Positions 1-11,520 are shown, counted from the stretch's first letter. The stretch is 64,000 bases of DNA from an uncultured Nitrososphaerales archaeon (GCA_963713605.1 CAVQMO010000001.1:736001-800000); one strand, 5' to 3'. Made by a program: numbers and translations. The notes: a model not told the origin generated them from the letters alone.

Positions 1-306
1 TGATTAAGAATAGATCTGGTAGACGAATACTAGTAACAATGTTCACATATTCAGTAGCTATACTAATTTCATTCATATACTTGCCTGTTTCTCTTTTTAC
101 TAGTTCTGGTTCCAGAGTTTCTTCCAGATAGATTCTTTGGAAGCGAAGCATGAGAGTGTGGTGTGAAACATTCTCGAGTCTAAGTAGAAGGCATCAATTC
201 TAAAATAAGTCCGAAGTTAATTACTTTTTGTGCTATTATTTGTATCAACAAGGTCAGGGTTACAGGAATTCTATGCGTTCCGACGTCATAACAATTAGTA
301 ATATAT

Positions 307-1272
307 TTATCCTGAACTCGAAGACATCATTCCTCTTAATGTATCAGCGTAACGATCTGATAGGGTTTTTAGGAAGGTGAAGTTATCAGGAATAGAAACG
401 CTCTTGCTTGAGGTCTGAAACTCATTTACTAACCTGCCAATCGGTCCTCTCGATGAGTCGGTTCCACTCAGTACAATCTCCCTAATTACATCTTGTTTAG
501 ATTTTTTTATTCTATTGTATGGAATATTGGCAACAGCTGCCATAATGAAGATATTGGGCATATCTTCCTGAACGTCATCCTCTATATCCTCCCAGTCATC
601 TAATATATCAAGCAGCGCCTGATTGTAATGAAGAACTAGGGCGACATTTTCATTAAAGCTTGGGAGCTTCGCATCCAAAACCTTTGCGTAAACTAGTGGA
701 GCATCTGATGATTTTGCGAGAATAAAATGTCTTATTTCGGTATAGGAGAAAGTATAGTTTTTAAGGATACGATGTTTTATAATCTGCTCAAATGGCCAAA
801 ATACCGAAAACTGTCCTAAAAAGTAATCTATTGAATAAATGAGATGTTGCACATCACATCCAGATTGTAGAAATTCGGTTACCGATGTATGCTCGTGTTT
901 TGCGAGCAAAGCGTATCTATCATTTCGAGTCTCATAGAATTTATCCGAGAGAAGAACATATCTAGTTAACGACTTTACCATCCTATAAACCCATAATGCA
1001 TTGGCTATGTTTTTTGTATCGAAGTAGGTAGTTATAAAGTAGGTGGGATCTTGTGCGTTTTCATCAACGCCTAGAAATGAATCATTATTTGAATTCCGGT
1101 CGAACCTGCTCAATAATGTACCCAAGGATACCATCTGCTGTACGAAAAGCAGAGTATCAGTGATAGAGTCTAAATTCTTTATTGACTCAGAAATCATATC
1201 TAAATAGACTCCATTCTCAAAATCAGTATCCTTTGATGTGTTTGCCATTATTTGATAATATGATTTTCGCAT
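307..1272 (-). CDS. Class I isoprenoid synthase/prenyltransferase-fold hypothetical protein
   Basis: 321 aa, predicted helical; Asp-rich motif LLDILDDWEDIEDD followed by MPNIF resembles the second DDxxD motif of polyprenyl/terpene synthases; first motif degenerate (LSDKFYE). Confidence 0.55.
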   Translation of the reverse strand: MRKSYYQIMANTSKDTDFENGVYLDMISESIKNLDSITDTLLFVQQMVSLGTLLSRFDRNSNNDSFLGVDENAQDPTYFITTYFDTKNIANALWVYRMVKSLTRYVLLSDKFYETRNDRYALLAKHEHTSVTEFLQSGCDVQHLIYSIDYFLGQFSVFWPFEQIIKHRILKNYTFSYTEIRHFILAKSSDAPLVYAKVLDAKLPSFNENVALVLHYNQALLDILDDWEDIEDDVQEDMPNIFIMAAVANIPYNRIKKSKQDVIREIVLSGTDSSRGPIGRLVNEFQTSSKSVSIPDNFTFLKTLSDRYADTLRGMMSSSSG

Positions 1273-1647
1273 TCATCTCGAAATAATAAATATTACTGTA
1301 TCTTAGCAATTTGTATTAAATTGGCTGTACAGCTGACACTCCAAACCTTCTGTGTATTACGCCTAACTTGACAACAGGGCCTCAACTTCGATTCGTTGAT
1401 ACTCGTACCAGGTGAAAGTGAACTTTAAGAGTAGAAAACAGATCTTGCAAAAGAATATGCGGACGAACACTCAAGGTCCGAACTTACTTATTGTAGGAAT
1501 CATGGGATTGGTAGTGGCCCTAATCGTGGAATCCTAGTAGAGCAATTATTTTCAATGTGCTTAGACTATAGTTAGCCACAATTTTGCACTATTCTTAATA
1601 TTTGCTCCTTATTTTAAATAGTAATATAACTTCATAGTTTATGACGA

Positions 1648-2538
1648 TTGATATACATACGGAGAAAAAAAGTAAAAGGCATTGACTATGCATACATCGT
1701 AAGGAGTAAATGGGACCATGCGAAGAGGACATCAAAACAGGAGACAGTAAAATACCTGGGGAAAGTCTCTCGGGTTACACAGGAAATGATACCTATAGAA
1801 TATCGAAATGGTCCTACCATAATCTCATTCATAACGCGCTATAACACTGTCAATGTGAAGAAGAATGGTTCTTTAACTAAAAAATTAGGCCAAGATTTAT
1901 TTAGTATGCTTTCTGCAGGTGATCTGCAGAATTTAATCAAAATTTATGATAAATATACCAATCTCTTCGGGATGATTCAATTTTACGACAATCTACTAAA
2001 ACCAGTAATGTATGATATTGGTCAGCGATGGGCAGAAGGAAAACTCGACGTCGCAACCGAACATGTAAGCGTTAACACAGCCAATGCTTTAATAAAAATA
2101 ATAGATAAGAGCCGATTAATTCGCTTTACTAATCGCCATTATAAGGGAACAATCTTTATCTGTACTCCAAACGGAGAACAGCATAATTTAGCCTGTAATA
2201 TCATAGAATCTGTATTGTTATCTAAGGGGTATAAAGTTTATAATGCCTCACCTTCATTACCAGCGGATTCCATAATTAATTCATTAAATAATATCCTCCC
2301 TGATGCCATTTTAGTATCTATAACGTTAACAGACCACATTCAGACAACAAGGAATTTAATCAGAAAAATTAGAACTAAATTTCCTTCTTTGAACATATTC
2401 GTTGGTGGATTAGCTTTAAATGATCCCAATAAAATATATGATCTTAGTGTTACCTCAATTCATGTTATTAGGAATATGGTGCTTGCAGACGCAATAAAAT
2501 TAATAAGATCGACAATAGTGCATACGAGAACAATATGA
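1648..2538 (+). CDS. Cobalamin-binding protein with CarH-type signature and basic N-terminal domain
   Basis: W-x9-EH (WAEGKLDVATEH), ExH (GEQHNLA), SITL and VGG motifs of B12-binding_2/B12-binding domains; N-terminus basic and beta-rich, not MerR. Confidence 0.8.
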   Translation: MIYIRRKKVKGIDYAYIVRSKWDHAKRTSKQETVKYLGKVSRVTQEMIPIEYRNGPTIISFITRYNTVNVKKNGSLTKKLGQDLFSMLSAGDLQNLIKIYDKYTNLFGMIQFYDNLLKPVMYDIGQRWAEGKLDVATEHVSVNTANALIKIIDKSRLIRFTNRHYKGTIFICTPNGEQHNLACNIIESVLLSKGYKVYNASPSLPADSIINSLNNILPDAILVSITLTDHIQTTRNLIRKIRTKFPSLNIFVGGLALNDPNKIYDLSVTSIHVIRNMVLADAIKLIRSTIVHTRTI

Positions 2539-2993
2539 TTAATGATTTATACCGGAAATGCATTTTTCAATGATTTTGATACTAATAGAGGTTACTACTC
2601 CTAGGTACTTGATCTCACATTGCAGCAACGCAAGCAATCCACAATATCAGCACAAAGTACTGACCGAGCTATGTTCCTAAATACTCGGACGAATTGCTGT
2701 CCATCCTAGTTCAAGAGATTGACTTCTTTCATAAAGGCTAACCATTTGTCATATATGTAAACTCGCCTGAAATCGTCCGATCAGTGAAAAAATATTGAGA
2801 ACTTTATAAGTCTTGAAATAAGATCTGACTACCCGTTTTTCGCTTCCTTTATCAATTCGCCATTTCATTATTCATCAGCTCGTCCACATCTTTGACTCTT
2901 ACGAAGATATTGATGGATGGACATGGTTTTGAAATTAGTCGTTTCTAGATAGTTACAATAGACTTAATAGTCTTCCCTCCCGCGACTTTATGA

Positions 2994-3497
2994 TTGTTGT
3001 TGATAGCTACTTCAATTCTTGTGATACTCTTTGTGCTGTTCGGGATTGGAGAAATTCCGACAATTTGGGCTCAGGAATTCAGCAATGTATCACGTATGGA
3101 ACACTCACTAGAAAACATGAGTGCTCAGATGGGGGAAGTAGTGGAGAGCTTGACGATGATGAACGATCGGTTTGGAATGTTGAGGCAAGTACAAGAGATT
3201 ACGGTCTACCTTTTCGTAATTGTGTTCATGATGGGATTGGCATTTGTACTTTTTGGGTTCTACATTGGTCAGGAACACAAGCTCTCTCTCTTTACAAAGA
3301 GACTCTATCTGATTTCGTTCTTTGCCCTCGTCATCCCTGTTACAGTAATACTTTTACGATACCTGGCTAACACTTTATTATCTGGCGACGTAACTAATCC
3401 TTTCCTGACTGTTGCATTTATCCTTCTAATTCCTGTCGCTACGTCTTACATTCTGATGATAGTTAAGTACAGACACGAAGCCCCACGATCCAAGTGA
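2994..3497 (+). CDS. Hypothetical membrane protein
   Basis: N-terminal hydrophobic segment, Met-rich coil, three further TM segments. Confidence 0.65.
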   Translation: MLLIATSILVILFVLFGIGEIPTIWAQEFSNVSRMEHSLENMSAQMGEVVESLTMMNDRFGMLRQVQEITVYLFVIVFMMGLAFVLFGFYIGQEHKLSLFTKRLYLISFFALVIPVTVILLRYLANTLLSGDVTNPFLTVAFILLIPVATSYILMIVKYRHEAPRSK

Positions 3498-3870
3498 TAT
3501 GCAATTGCGATCAGCGTCTCGAATTGAAGAAAACCGGAATTTATCGCGCGGAACATAATCCTCATTATGTCATTTGAAAAAAATTCTGGAACTATACGGG
3601 TAGATAATTCTACCCGGTCTCTCTTCAACCTGAAAACAGACATGCCATTTTTCAAAAGGGTGAATCGGGCCAAAAGCATCTTTGTCAGTTACAAGAGAAT
3701 TTGTCGATGTCGACAAACCTAGGATATTGAGAGCTCTATTGAATCTTCCGACTCTTTCGATTACTCAGAGGGTTCGTACAAATATTGTCATTTATAATAA
3801 TTTAAGACGAAAAAAAGATTAAAACTCGAACGATGCATATATCAGTCTGGTCGGGAAGGGACGACACTAG

Positions 3871-4155
3871 ATGGAATTGTTTACCAAGGAAGAATTGCGA
3901 AGGTATACAGAAAAATTTCTGTGCGGGTTATATGGACAGACTTATGGAAGTTTAGAGCGTTCGGCCAATAGCTTGGATATATTTAATAAAAATATCAGTT
4001 ATGGGGCATATGAGAGACCACAATTCGGATACCAAGCTACACAGGCAATCCTTAGAGAATTGAAGGACCAAGGACTAGTTCAAACCTGGAACTTAGATCA
4101 AGAGGTCAGACTTACTTCAAGCGGCCTTGACAAATGTAGGGACATCTGCAAATAA
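3871..4155 (+). CDS. Hypothetical protein, winged-helix-like C-terminus
   Basis: ILRELKDQGLVQ...VRLTSSG pattern typical of a wHTH wing. Confidence 0.55.
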   Translation: MELFTKEELRRYTEKFLCGLYGQTYGSLERSANSLDIFNKNISYGAYERPQFGYQATQAILRELKDQGLVQTWNLDQEVRLTSSGLDKCRDICK

Positions 4156-4541
4156 ACTCATTCTCCACTTTGAATCAATTTAGAGTAGCTGAACTAGCGC
4201 AATAGCAAGTCCAATTAGCCCTATAAAAATCGTTTTGAATCTCAAGTAATTAGTCAAATAAAGACTCTGACTTTACTGGATACGTTAACAATCCGACGAT
4301 TAGAAGGGAAAGATCAGAACTCTTGGTAGAGAATCCATTTTTGAGTCAAAATGCGATGGATACGAATTCAATAGACTATTTGTATAAAATACTTACCCAG
4401 AAAAGCTGATTAAGAAATGATTGAGAAATTTTCTATTCTATAGTACAAGGTTCGAAGTGTCGAAGGGCTAACCTGGTAAAATAATAAGCAGAGGAGAAAC
4501 TAATGGAATGAAAACACCCTATCAATTATCAATAAAATGTT

Positions 4542-4907
4542 TTACTCCTTGATTAGCAATGACTCCCCACTGCGAGATGTACCAAGCAAATGAGCGTTTG
4601 ATACATCTTTAACAAACACTAACCCTCCTGGCTCAGTCTCCGAACCTATACTCTTTACTAATTCTCGCACAATACTGTCCGCTAAGGTATCGGGTACCAA
4701 CGTCTCCACCTTTGTTCGTTTTTCGTGCTCTGGGGTAAGCATTCTGCCAGTCTGATAACTGCGTACCATCTCAGGAATTTCTTTCCTTTTTGTATGTCCT
4801 GTTGCGTGTATTTCGGAGAAAGACATTCCGGCAATGTTATGCTTTCTAAGAATTTCAGTGACAGTGGAAAGATCATGTGTAAAAATAAAGATATTTATTT
4901 CTTTCAT
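4542..4907 (-). CDS. P-II family nitrogen regulatory protein
   Basis: MKEINIFI..GMSFSEIHATGH, TKVETLV, GGLVFVKDV motifs of the P-II fold. Confidence 0.85.
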   Translation of the reverse strand: MKEINIFIFTHDLSTVTEILRKHNIAGMSFSEIHATGHTKRKEIPEMVRSYQTGRMLTPEHEKRTKVETLVPDTLADSIVRELVKSIGSETEPGGLVFVKDVSNAHLLGTSRSGESLLIKE

Positions 4908-5480
4908 GTGTCAATTTCCTAATTCGAGCTAGATAAAGTTTTTTCTACATTTACCGTAGATATTCCAAATAGATTCTAGTATGTAACATCTACTTCAATG
5001 CCGCAGAGGCAATTAACTTGTTCCAGAAATATGTGAATCCCATGCTGGCTATGCCGCACCCAATTCATCCAGCTCAAAACATCAAATACAATACAATTGT
5101 TTTTTTTCAATTGTACCCGATAACTTGTGTCCTTAATGGAAGAAAATAACATGATGGTTGTTTATGCTGATCGGATTAGTATCAATTGTCTCATCAATCC
5201 TACAGCTAGACGCGATATCAAGATACTAGTAGCCCAAATACTAGTAAGTGTAATAGTATTTACTAGAATCCGCCCAGGAGCAGTATCAGGTTTGGGGTCC
5301 AAATGTGGCAGTAAAAGGAGTGTGGATGGTTCACCTCTTCCAGTACCCGTATATAGTAGCGATGCAAGAAGGTAAATCGGTACTCTACTATCATTAGGTA
5401 TCTCAAAATAATTCCTACATCATTAGGTTAGTGCTGTAGTGCCTTATATAATCTTCATTGATACTACCATATCTGAGAAA

Positions 5481-6045
5481 CTACTGAGATAATATTCTTT
5501 CTCTTAATGTATCCGCATAATGTTTAGAGAGGGATTTTAAGAAGGCAAGCTTGGCGGGTATACAAATGTTCCTGACTGGCTCTTGATTTTACCTTTATCA
5601 ATCTGATTGTTGATGCTCTTGACGAAACTGATCTTTCCAGTACAATATTCCTGATCTTATCGTCTGTAGAAGATTTTATACTATTGTAATAAGCATCCTG
5701 AACAGCGGCCATAACAAATACGTTGGGCATGTCTGCCTGAATATCCTCTTCAATATCTTCCAATCATCTTGCAAATTATGTAAAGCTTGGATTATAACGG
5801 AAAACTATCGATTCCAGTAAGGAGGAATTCACCTATTAAGGAACGTACCCGCTTTGCCATCAAAGCAAATTCAACATTGTCTGTGTCAATATATTTGTCA
5901 GAAAAGTAGGATGTATCTTGTCAAAAGCCTTACTAATCTATATTCTCATATTGCCTGGTCAATATCTTTCGTATCAAAATATGTAACAATGGGGTACGTA
6001 GGATCCTGTGCTTTTTCATCTAAAGTTCGAAAAGAGGTTAATCCA
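5481..6045 (-). pseudogene. Decayed paralog of the 307..1272 isoprenoid-synthase-fold gene
   Basis: Fragments EDIEEDIQADMPNVFVMAA and DEKAQDPTYPIVTYFDTKD match ORF 307..1272; several frameshifts and a large internal deletion. Confidence 0.8.
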
Positions 6046-6407
6046 TGTGTGAACTTAATAATTTATTCAATGCAATCATTTGTTCAATGAACGTAATTCT
6101 ATTGTCACTAACTCTAGCCCTTTAGCATAGTAGGAGTTTTAATCAATTGCAATAATCGGAAATTTAATTATGACCCTCTCTTCGTTAGTATGAATGATCA
6201 TCAATGTGATCTGAAAAAAAGTGAGACCACAAAAGTACAGGAATAGAAACCGACCTTATGACTCTCATCTACTGTTGAAATTGCTTGTATACATGAGATA
6301 TCTGTTACTAATACACTACACTCAGATTTGAGGTTGAGGTGGGTTCGGACCAGAAGAAGCCGAATTGTCTATATATAACCCCCGCTAGATATCGATTAGT
6401 ATAGAAA

Positions 6408-6734
6408 ATGCGGCGAGGTTTTAGTGTACTAATTGTAGGAGGAATTCTGTTAGTTGCGAGCGTAAGCATTGCAGTGCCGGCGATTTATTTACTTGCTTCC
6501 TTGACAGAATCGATGCCGACTGACATTTCTACTAAAGACGTCATGAGCTTTGCTCTTAACATGAACCAAACTGCTATCAAAGAATCACTAAGGAGCATTG
6601 GTATTGACGCGGGATTGGCTTTTTTTGGGATACTTGTTAGTGTCACTCTGATGGTCAATGGAATTATTGCGCTCATCGGGGGAATCATTCTAGTTTTCGT
6701 GGACAGGAGACATAGCAGACATAGCCCTATCTAG
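6408..6734 (+). CDS. Hypothetical membrane protein
   Basis: 108 aa with 2-3 hydrophobic helices; TATA-like ctatatataa about 30 nt upstream. Confidence 0.6.
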   Translation: MRRGFSVLIVGGILLVASVSIAVPAIYLLASLTESMPTDISTKDVMSFALNMNQTAIKESLRSIGIDAGLAFFGILVSVTLMVNGIIALIGGIILVFVDRRHSRHSPI

Positions 6735-6984
6735 AATAGACCCTAATCAGATGCACAAGCGGAAACTCACGACTCTATCGAAAAAATAAGTAGTGAGTTG
6801 GAGTTGGTGAATAGGTCTGTTCATTCGAATGAAACAGCGTGTATGCCATAATGTAGAAGGTACTGGACGAAAGCGAACGATCTCGCAGGCAGTATCTAGG
6901 GAAACTTTATAATCCAAGACAAGACCGAATATCTACTACTCACAGAATATTTTAATAAGGATTGCGACGATATATGTTCTAGCA

Positions 6985-7137
6985 TTGAATGCATTCGATA
7001 TAAGTAAGAAAAGTATAACCGCTTGGTGTGAGGATTGTAACTTAGTCTTTGATGATAGATGGGCGGCAAATTCTCATAAGGAAAACGAACGACACACCGT
7101 AAAAATTTCGGAGTTTTGGATTACTGGTAAGAGATAA
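6985..7137 (+). CDS. C2H2-type zinc-finger microprotein (50 aa; not in ORF track)
   Basis: Manual translation from TTG: MNAFDISKKSITAWCEDCNLVFDDRWAANSHKENERHTVKISEFWITGKR; CxxC-x3-F-x8-H-x5-H. Confidence 0.7.
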   Translation: MNAFDISKKSITAWCEDCNLVFDDRWAANSHKENERHTVKISEFWITGKR

Positions 7138-7418
7138 ATCCCTGATTTAGTGTCATTGTATGCAATCTATTCTTCGGAGATTGCTACAGGTATTCTGGAC
7201 CTACTAGCCCTTATCTTTTTAAGACGCGTCCTTGTATTAAATTGCAATAGTCCATATTCTGTCCGGAGCACAATCCAAAGCCTTCTAAATATACCTACAT
7301 AAGAAGCTTGAAAAAATGCAACTTCAACGAACTAACTTTCACGAACTCAAATTGCATAGAATACCATACTTAAATTAGCTCAATTCTTTTATGTATGGGT
7401 TCCGTTAGTAGGTTGTAA

Positions 7419-8037
7419 ATGCAGCCATCAGACATACTTTCCAGAATGTACCAAACAGACACGATACATGACAAGGTCTATCCAAAATTGGAAGAAGAAT
7501 CGAAGCAGGACTTTGATGATATTCTTCAGACTAACATATTTAACGTCATGCTGAATAGAAGATCACAGAGGAAATTCGAGGATAAACCGGTCGACGACTG
7601 GAAAATGGACATGATTTTTGCTGCCGCTGACACTGCTCCGACAGCTGGTGGATTTCAAGGCTTCGAGATATTCCATGTAAAAGACGTATCAATTAAGACA
7701 AAGTTGGTTGAAGCTGCAAATAACCAGCCCTACGTCAACTCCCCTTCGGTACTAGTGTTCTGTATGAATCCTTCCAGAGTCAAATTAAACTTTCCTCAGG
7801 CAATTATTCAGAAATTCTCACTCCAAGATGCTACATTAGCTCCAGCATATGCTCAAGCTAGCCGCACATGCGCTGGGATTGAGATCCATTTGGATCGGAA
7901 TGATTGACGAAGAAAAAGTGAAGAAGGCTTTGTCTACCGAATATACTCCCTCGTCTATCCTTTGTTTAGGATACCCGCTGAAGTTGCTCCATCCAAAACC
8001 GAAGAGAAATCTTAAGGAGCTCATACATGAGGTATGA
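7419..8037 (+). CDS. Nitroreductase family protein (frameshift near 7860)
   Basis: RRSQRKF, APTAGGFQ, then LAAHALGLRSIWIG..LCLGYP in the second frame. Confidence 0.85.
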
Positions 8038-8299
8038 ACAAGAATTAGCTTTATCATTTAGCATGGCCATGACGAAAGGGCATATACGACTTACTGAATT
8101 CTAGAAGCCAGTAGTTGGAAGGCAAATTTACTGGACAGGGTTAAAATTCAGAATTGCATTTTCTCTGCGCAGCAATTTCAGCATGTGCGTGAATATCATC
8201 AGATATTGATCTGAAAACAAACCTTCACAGAAAACGCAGTCGAGTTCATATTAATTTTCATATTTTTATCTAATTATATCTTATTTCAGAACCGTCCAC

Positions 8300-9073
8300 T
8301 TAAGCTGACGCGTAAACTTTGTAAGGCTTTCCAGTTTCAATATTTACATACTTCCATTCGTGTTCTGGTGTGAAAAGCTCGCGAAACTCCGATTGAAGAT
8401 TTGGATGCAATAATTTAAAAACGTTCTCTCCCAGAGACACCCTGTTTGGTTCCGTCAGAGAAGTTATCTTCGCAGCTACGTTCATCCCATATCCCAGGAT
8501 ATCAATTGGGGAGCTCTGATCATATCCGTATTGAACAACTACATTATCTCCTTCGTCTATACCAATCTTAACAGAAAGCTCAGGGAAATCTAGTTTAGTA
8601 AGGATAGGATTAATTCCCTCTCTTAGCACATTAATTATTGATTTTCCACATTCTACTGATTTATCATATGTAAGGTATCTATTGAAACCAAAAGGAAAAA
8701 ACGCTATTACTGCATCACCGGCATATTTCAATACATATCCTTCATAACTTTCTATCACGGTAGAAACTTCGTGAGAAAATGCTCTGATAATCGTCACCAA
8801 TTTTTCTGCAGGTAACGTCATACTCATTTTAGTCGAGCCAACCAGATCCGCATACATGATGACGAGTGGCACCTTAGAGCTGACATGTTTGCGAAGAAAA
8901 TCCTGACTCCGTTTAATTGAGGTATTATATTGATAGCGTTCTTTTAGGGCGTTTACTAGTCGATCCTGTCTCTGCGTAGACAAGGTTTGCAGATCAACGA
9001 TTTCGTTTGTACTACCTTCTCCAGCGTCAGGCCCATGATACTTTATATATTCATCAGATTTCTTGTCGCTCAT
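8300..9073 (-). CDS. Class III adenylate/guanylate cyclase domain protein
   Basis: MYADLVGST, LKYAGDAV, KIGIDEG, DILGYGMNVAAK motifs. Confidence 0.9.
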   Translation of the reverse strand: MSDKKSDEYIKYHGPDAGEGSTNEIVDLQTLSTQRQDRLVNALKERYQYNTSIKRSQDFLRKHVSSKVPLVIMYADLVGSTKMSMTLPAEKLVTIIRAFSHEVSTVIESYEGYVLKYAGDAVIAFFPFGFNRYLTYDKSVECGKSIINVLREGINPILTKLDFPELSVKIGIDEGDNVVVQYGYDQSSPIDILGYGMNVAAKITSLTEPNRVSLGENVFKLLHPNLQSEFRELFTPEHEWKYVNIETGKPYKVYASA

Positions 9074-9556
9074 TTACCTGTGACCGCGACCTTGATTGCA
9101 GGGGTTTCATGTCGAAAGTGTGTATGCTTCAAATAAATGAATGTATGTTGGTATACCTCATATTCTCCTTCAATAATATGAGATCTCACTTCATCCGACG
9201 CCACGGCTATTCCTATTCAAATTGTACGCATGACTCATATATCAACCTGGTACTAATAGTTTTCAGCAATATTGGCGGCTTGACAGCAATTCATATTTCA
9301 CCATAGTTAGTTTAAGGCGCGGTGAATCTTGATAGATACGTAGAGCAATACCTTCCAAGATCGTTGAAAATACGGAAGTGGAGCAAAATGGAATAGCACT
9401 GTATGTTCTTATGATGAGAACGTATAACCAAAAAATAAGAACTTCATAAATGGTCCGCGGGTGTAGGCTATGTAACTGATGAATCAAGAAATAGTAGTAA
9501 TAATGCTTGTTCATAAACATCAACCTACTGACCTACATGTAACTATATGGGATATT

Positions 9557-9739
9557 TTATTCAATGTCAATTTCAACTTGCAATTTATTTTTCATTTCGA
9601 CCTGCCTAAGGAAATCCAGTAGTTCAAGATAGCAATTTTCCCCTGTGAATATCCTCTCCGTAAGCACTCCGCTGAACATCTCAATCCTAATGGTAATAGA
9701 ATTTGACCTAAGTTCCAAATGAATATTGTTTGGTATCAA
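9557..9739 (-). CDS. Small hypothetical protein
   Basis: 60 aa ORF with protein-like composition. Confidence 0.4.
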   Translation of the reverse strand: MIPNNIHLELRSNSITIRIEMFSGVLTERIFTGENCYLELLDFLRQVEMKNKLQVEIDIE

Positions 9740-9978
9740 TTGGATACACCTGTATCGAGAATAGGCATCACATACATTTCCAGATTCTGACCCTATAACA
9801 CTTGATGAGAATATAGTATTGTATGGCGCTCACCTTGGTGCGGGTTTCAAATTTGGTAAAGTTTCTGGAATTTCTCTGGAGCCTTCTGGTACCTGTTGGA
9901 GCAATGGTCAAACCTTGATTCATCCCAACAGAGCTACAAACAAAAATTGTTGTTTCGCCATTCCATTCCACTTAGAGA

Positions 9979-10584
9979 TCATTTGATACTCGTCAGTATC
10001 CTATCTCTTATTTCAGAACGTATGTCTTCAAGTGCAAAATGAATATTCGAGCAATCTGAGAGCCTCTCCTCTATTTCTTCTTTACTAACATCCTTCTGAC
10101 GCTTACCCCCATTTTTGTCATAATATGTCAATCTGATTGTATCGTCAAGTTCAGCACCATTAAGATATGATTGAGAGGTATCCAAGGCAGCAGAATAAAG
10201 CCAAGTTGAATATTCATTTATTCTGCGGAGCTCTTCAAATAGTCTGGGATATTCCTTCAACAGGTCTGGATAATCATTAGAAATAATCTTCTCCATTAGG
10301 TCGGTGCTGGATTCCCTGGGAAGATAGACATCCAAGAGTAGTGAAATAAACTGTTGTCGTTTTTCGTCCGTTCCAGGTGTACAAAAATGGTGAGAGATTA
10401 TGTCTCGGACAAGCGATTCTAGTGATGACACGTTCGTAAGGTACATCCCTCTAATCATGGAGTCGTGTTGACGCAACTTTTCAATCAAAGCTTTATGTTT
10501 TTGTTCATGATTTGTAGACATTGTATCTTCTGATCGGATGCAAACTATTAACAGTTCTTTCCAGAGATCTATTTTTCCAGCCAC
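9979..10584 (-). CDS. Hypothetical protein
   Basis: About 180-200 aa helical ORF; likely start at MSTNHEQ. Confidence 0.65.
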   Translation of the reverse strand: MAGKIDLWKELLIVCIRSEDTMSTNHEQKHKALIEKLRQHDSMIRGMYLTNVSSLESLVRDIISHHFCTPGTDEKRQQFISLLLDVYLPRESSTDLMEKIISNDYPDLLKEYPRLFEELRRINEYSTWLYSAALDTSQSYLNGAELDDTIRLTYYDKNGGKRQKDVSKEEIEERLSDCSNIHFALEDIRSEIRDRILTSIK

Positions 10585-11219
10585 TCGCTATAATTGAATC
10601 ATTCAACCTGCAATGTATGGAGATTCGTTGCCCATCCATTAATGAAGCTTCAAGCCAAGATCATAATAATGTCATGTCTTGATCCCAGTTGTGCAACCAA
10701 ATTACTCTAATGTTATCGACCGAATGAAAATCAAACATGTCCAAAATGCTACTGAGCAAAATGCGAAATGGGCTCTTTGTCATGGAAGTGGTGATGGTCA
10801 GTCAAAAGCATTCTTAATCTCTAGATGGAAGGTTGTAATACACGATTATCGGCAGACATCTCTTCTGGCTCTCTTTCCTCGCTTCAAATATTTGCCGGAG
10901 TTGGTCAGGTTCAACATATCCTTGTAAGGATATGATGACACTTTCAGATCCAGAAATGATTCGGGTGTAGATGTGAAATAGGAATAATTTTCAGGATTGA
11001 AAGAGTAAAAACTTCAGCTTTTATAAATACACATAAAAAACCTAATATTGGACCATAGTATCACTTCAAAGAACGTTTTTTTCTTTTTTTCCGCAGGCCT
11101 GACTACGGTGCTTTCTAAATCATATAAACGGCGAGGTGCGTGAAGCCTGTTGCAAATATTAGTGCAACGATCCACCTCTATATTAGCCAACTACAACATA
11201 ACTACCTAATGTACTGTGT

Positions 11220-11428
11220 TCAATCTCCACGTTTTACTTCAAAGCCAATTTTCACTTCCGCCTGATATTCCTCTATCTCTTGATTTTCTATTTTTAAGGT
11301 AACTCTTCCTAATTCTGCCCAGCGGATATTTTTCACTGTTTTAGCAGCACTTCATTAACGGCGTCCTTCATTGCTTCAGCAATACTTTCAGGAGATGTTC
11401 CTACAATGTCAATATACTTGTAAACCAT
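11220..11428 (-). CDS. Dodecin family flavin-binding protein (frameshift near 11350; not in ORF track)
   Basis: Manual translation MVYKYIDIVGTSPESIAEAMKDAVNE/AAKTVKNIRWAELGRVTLKIENQEIEEYQAEVKIGFEV matches the dodecin pattern. Confidence 0.85.
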
Positions 11429-11520
11429 AAAAAGTAACCCGTATTGTTAATATAAAAACGACTCGATAGGAAACTTTGCGCTCAATTATGATCCTTGAAT
11501 TTCTGCATCAATGAGTGTAA

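Noticed and set aside
1648..1770. Transposase or IS element suggested by the N-terminal motif
   Set aside because: No DDE domain and no terminal inverted repeats seen; the rest is a B12-binding domain
2990..3370. Alternative-frame and antisense ORFs in the track (also e.g. 43224..43712, 50572..51120, 24655..24858)
   Set aside because: Shadow ORFs overlapping better-supported genes or tRNAs; no motifs
10642..10795. Zinc-ribbon-like frame (CLDPSC...CPKC)
   Set aside because: Two in-frame stops; at most a remnant and cannot be supported
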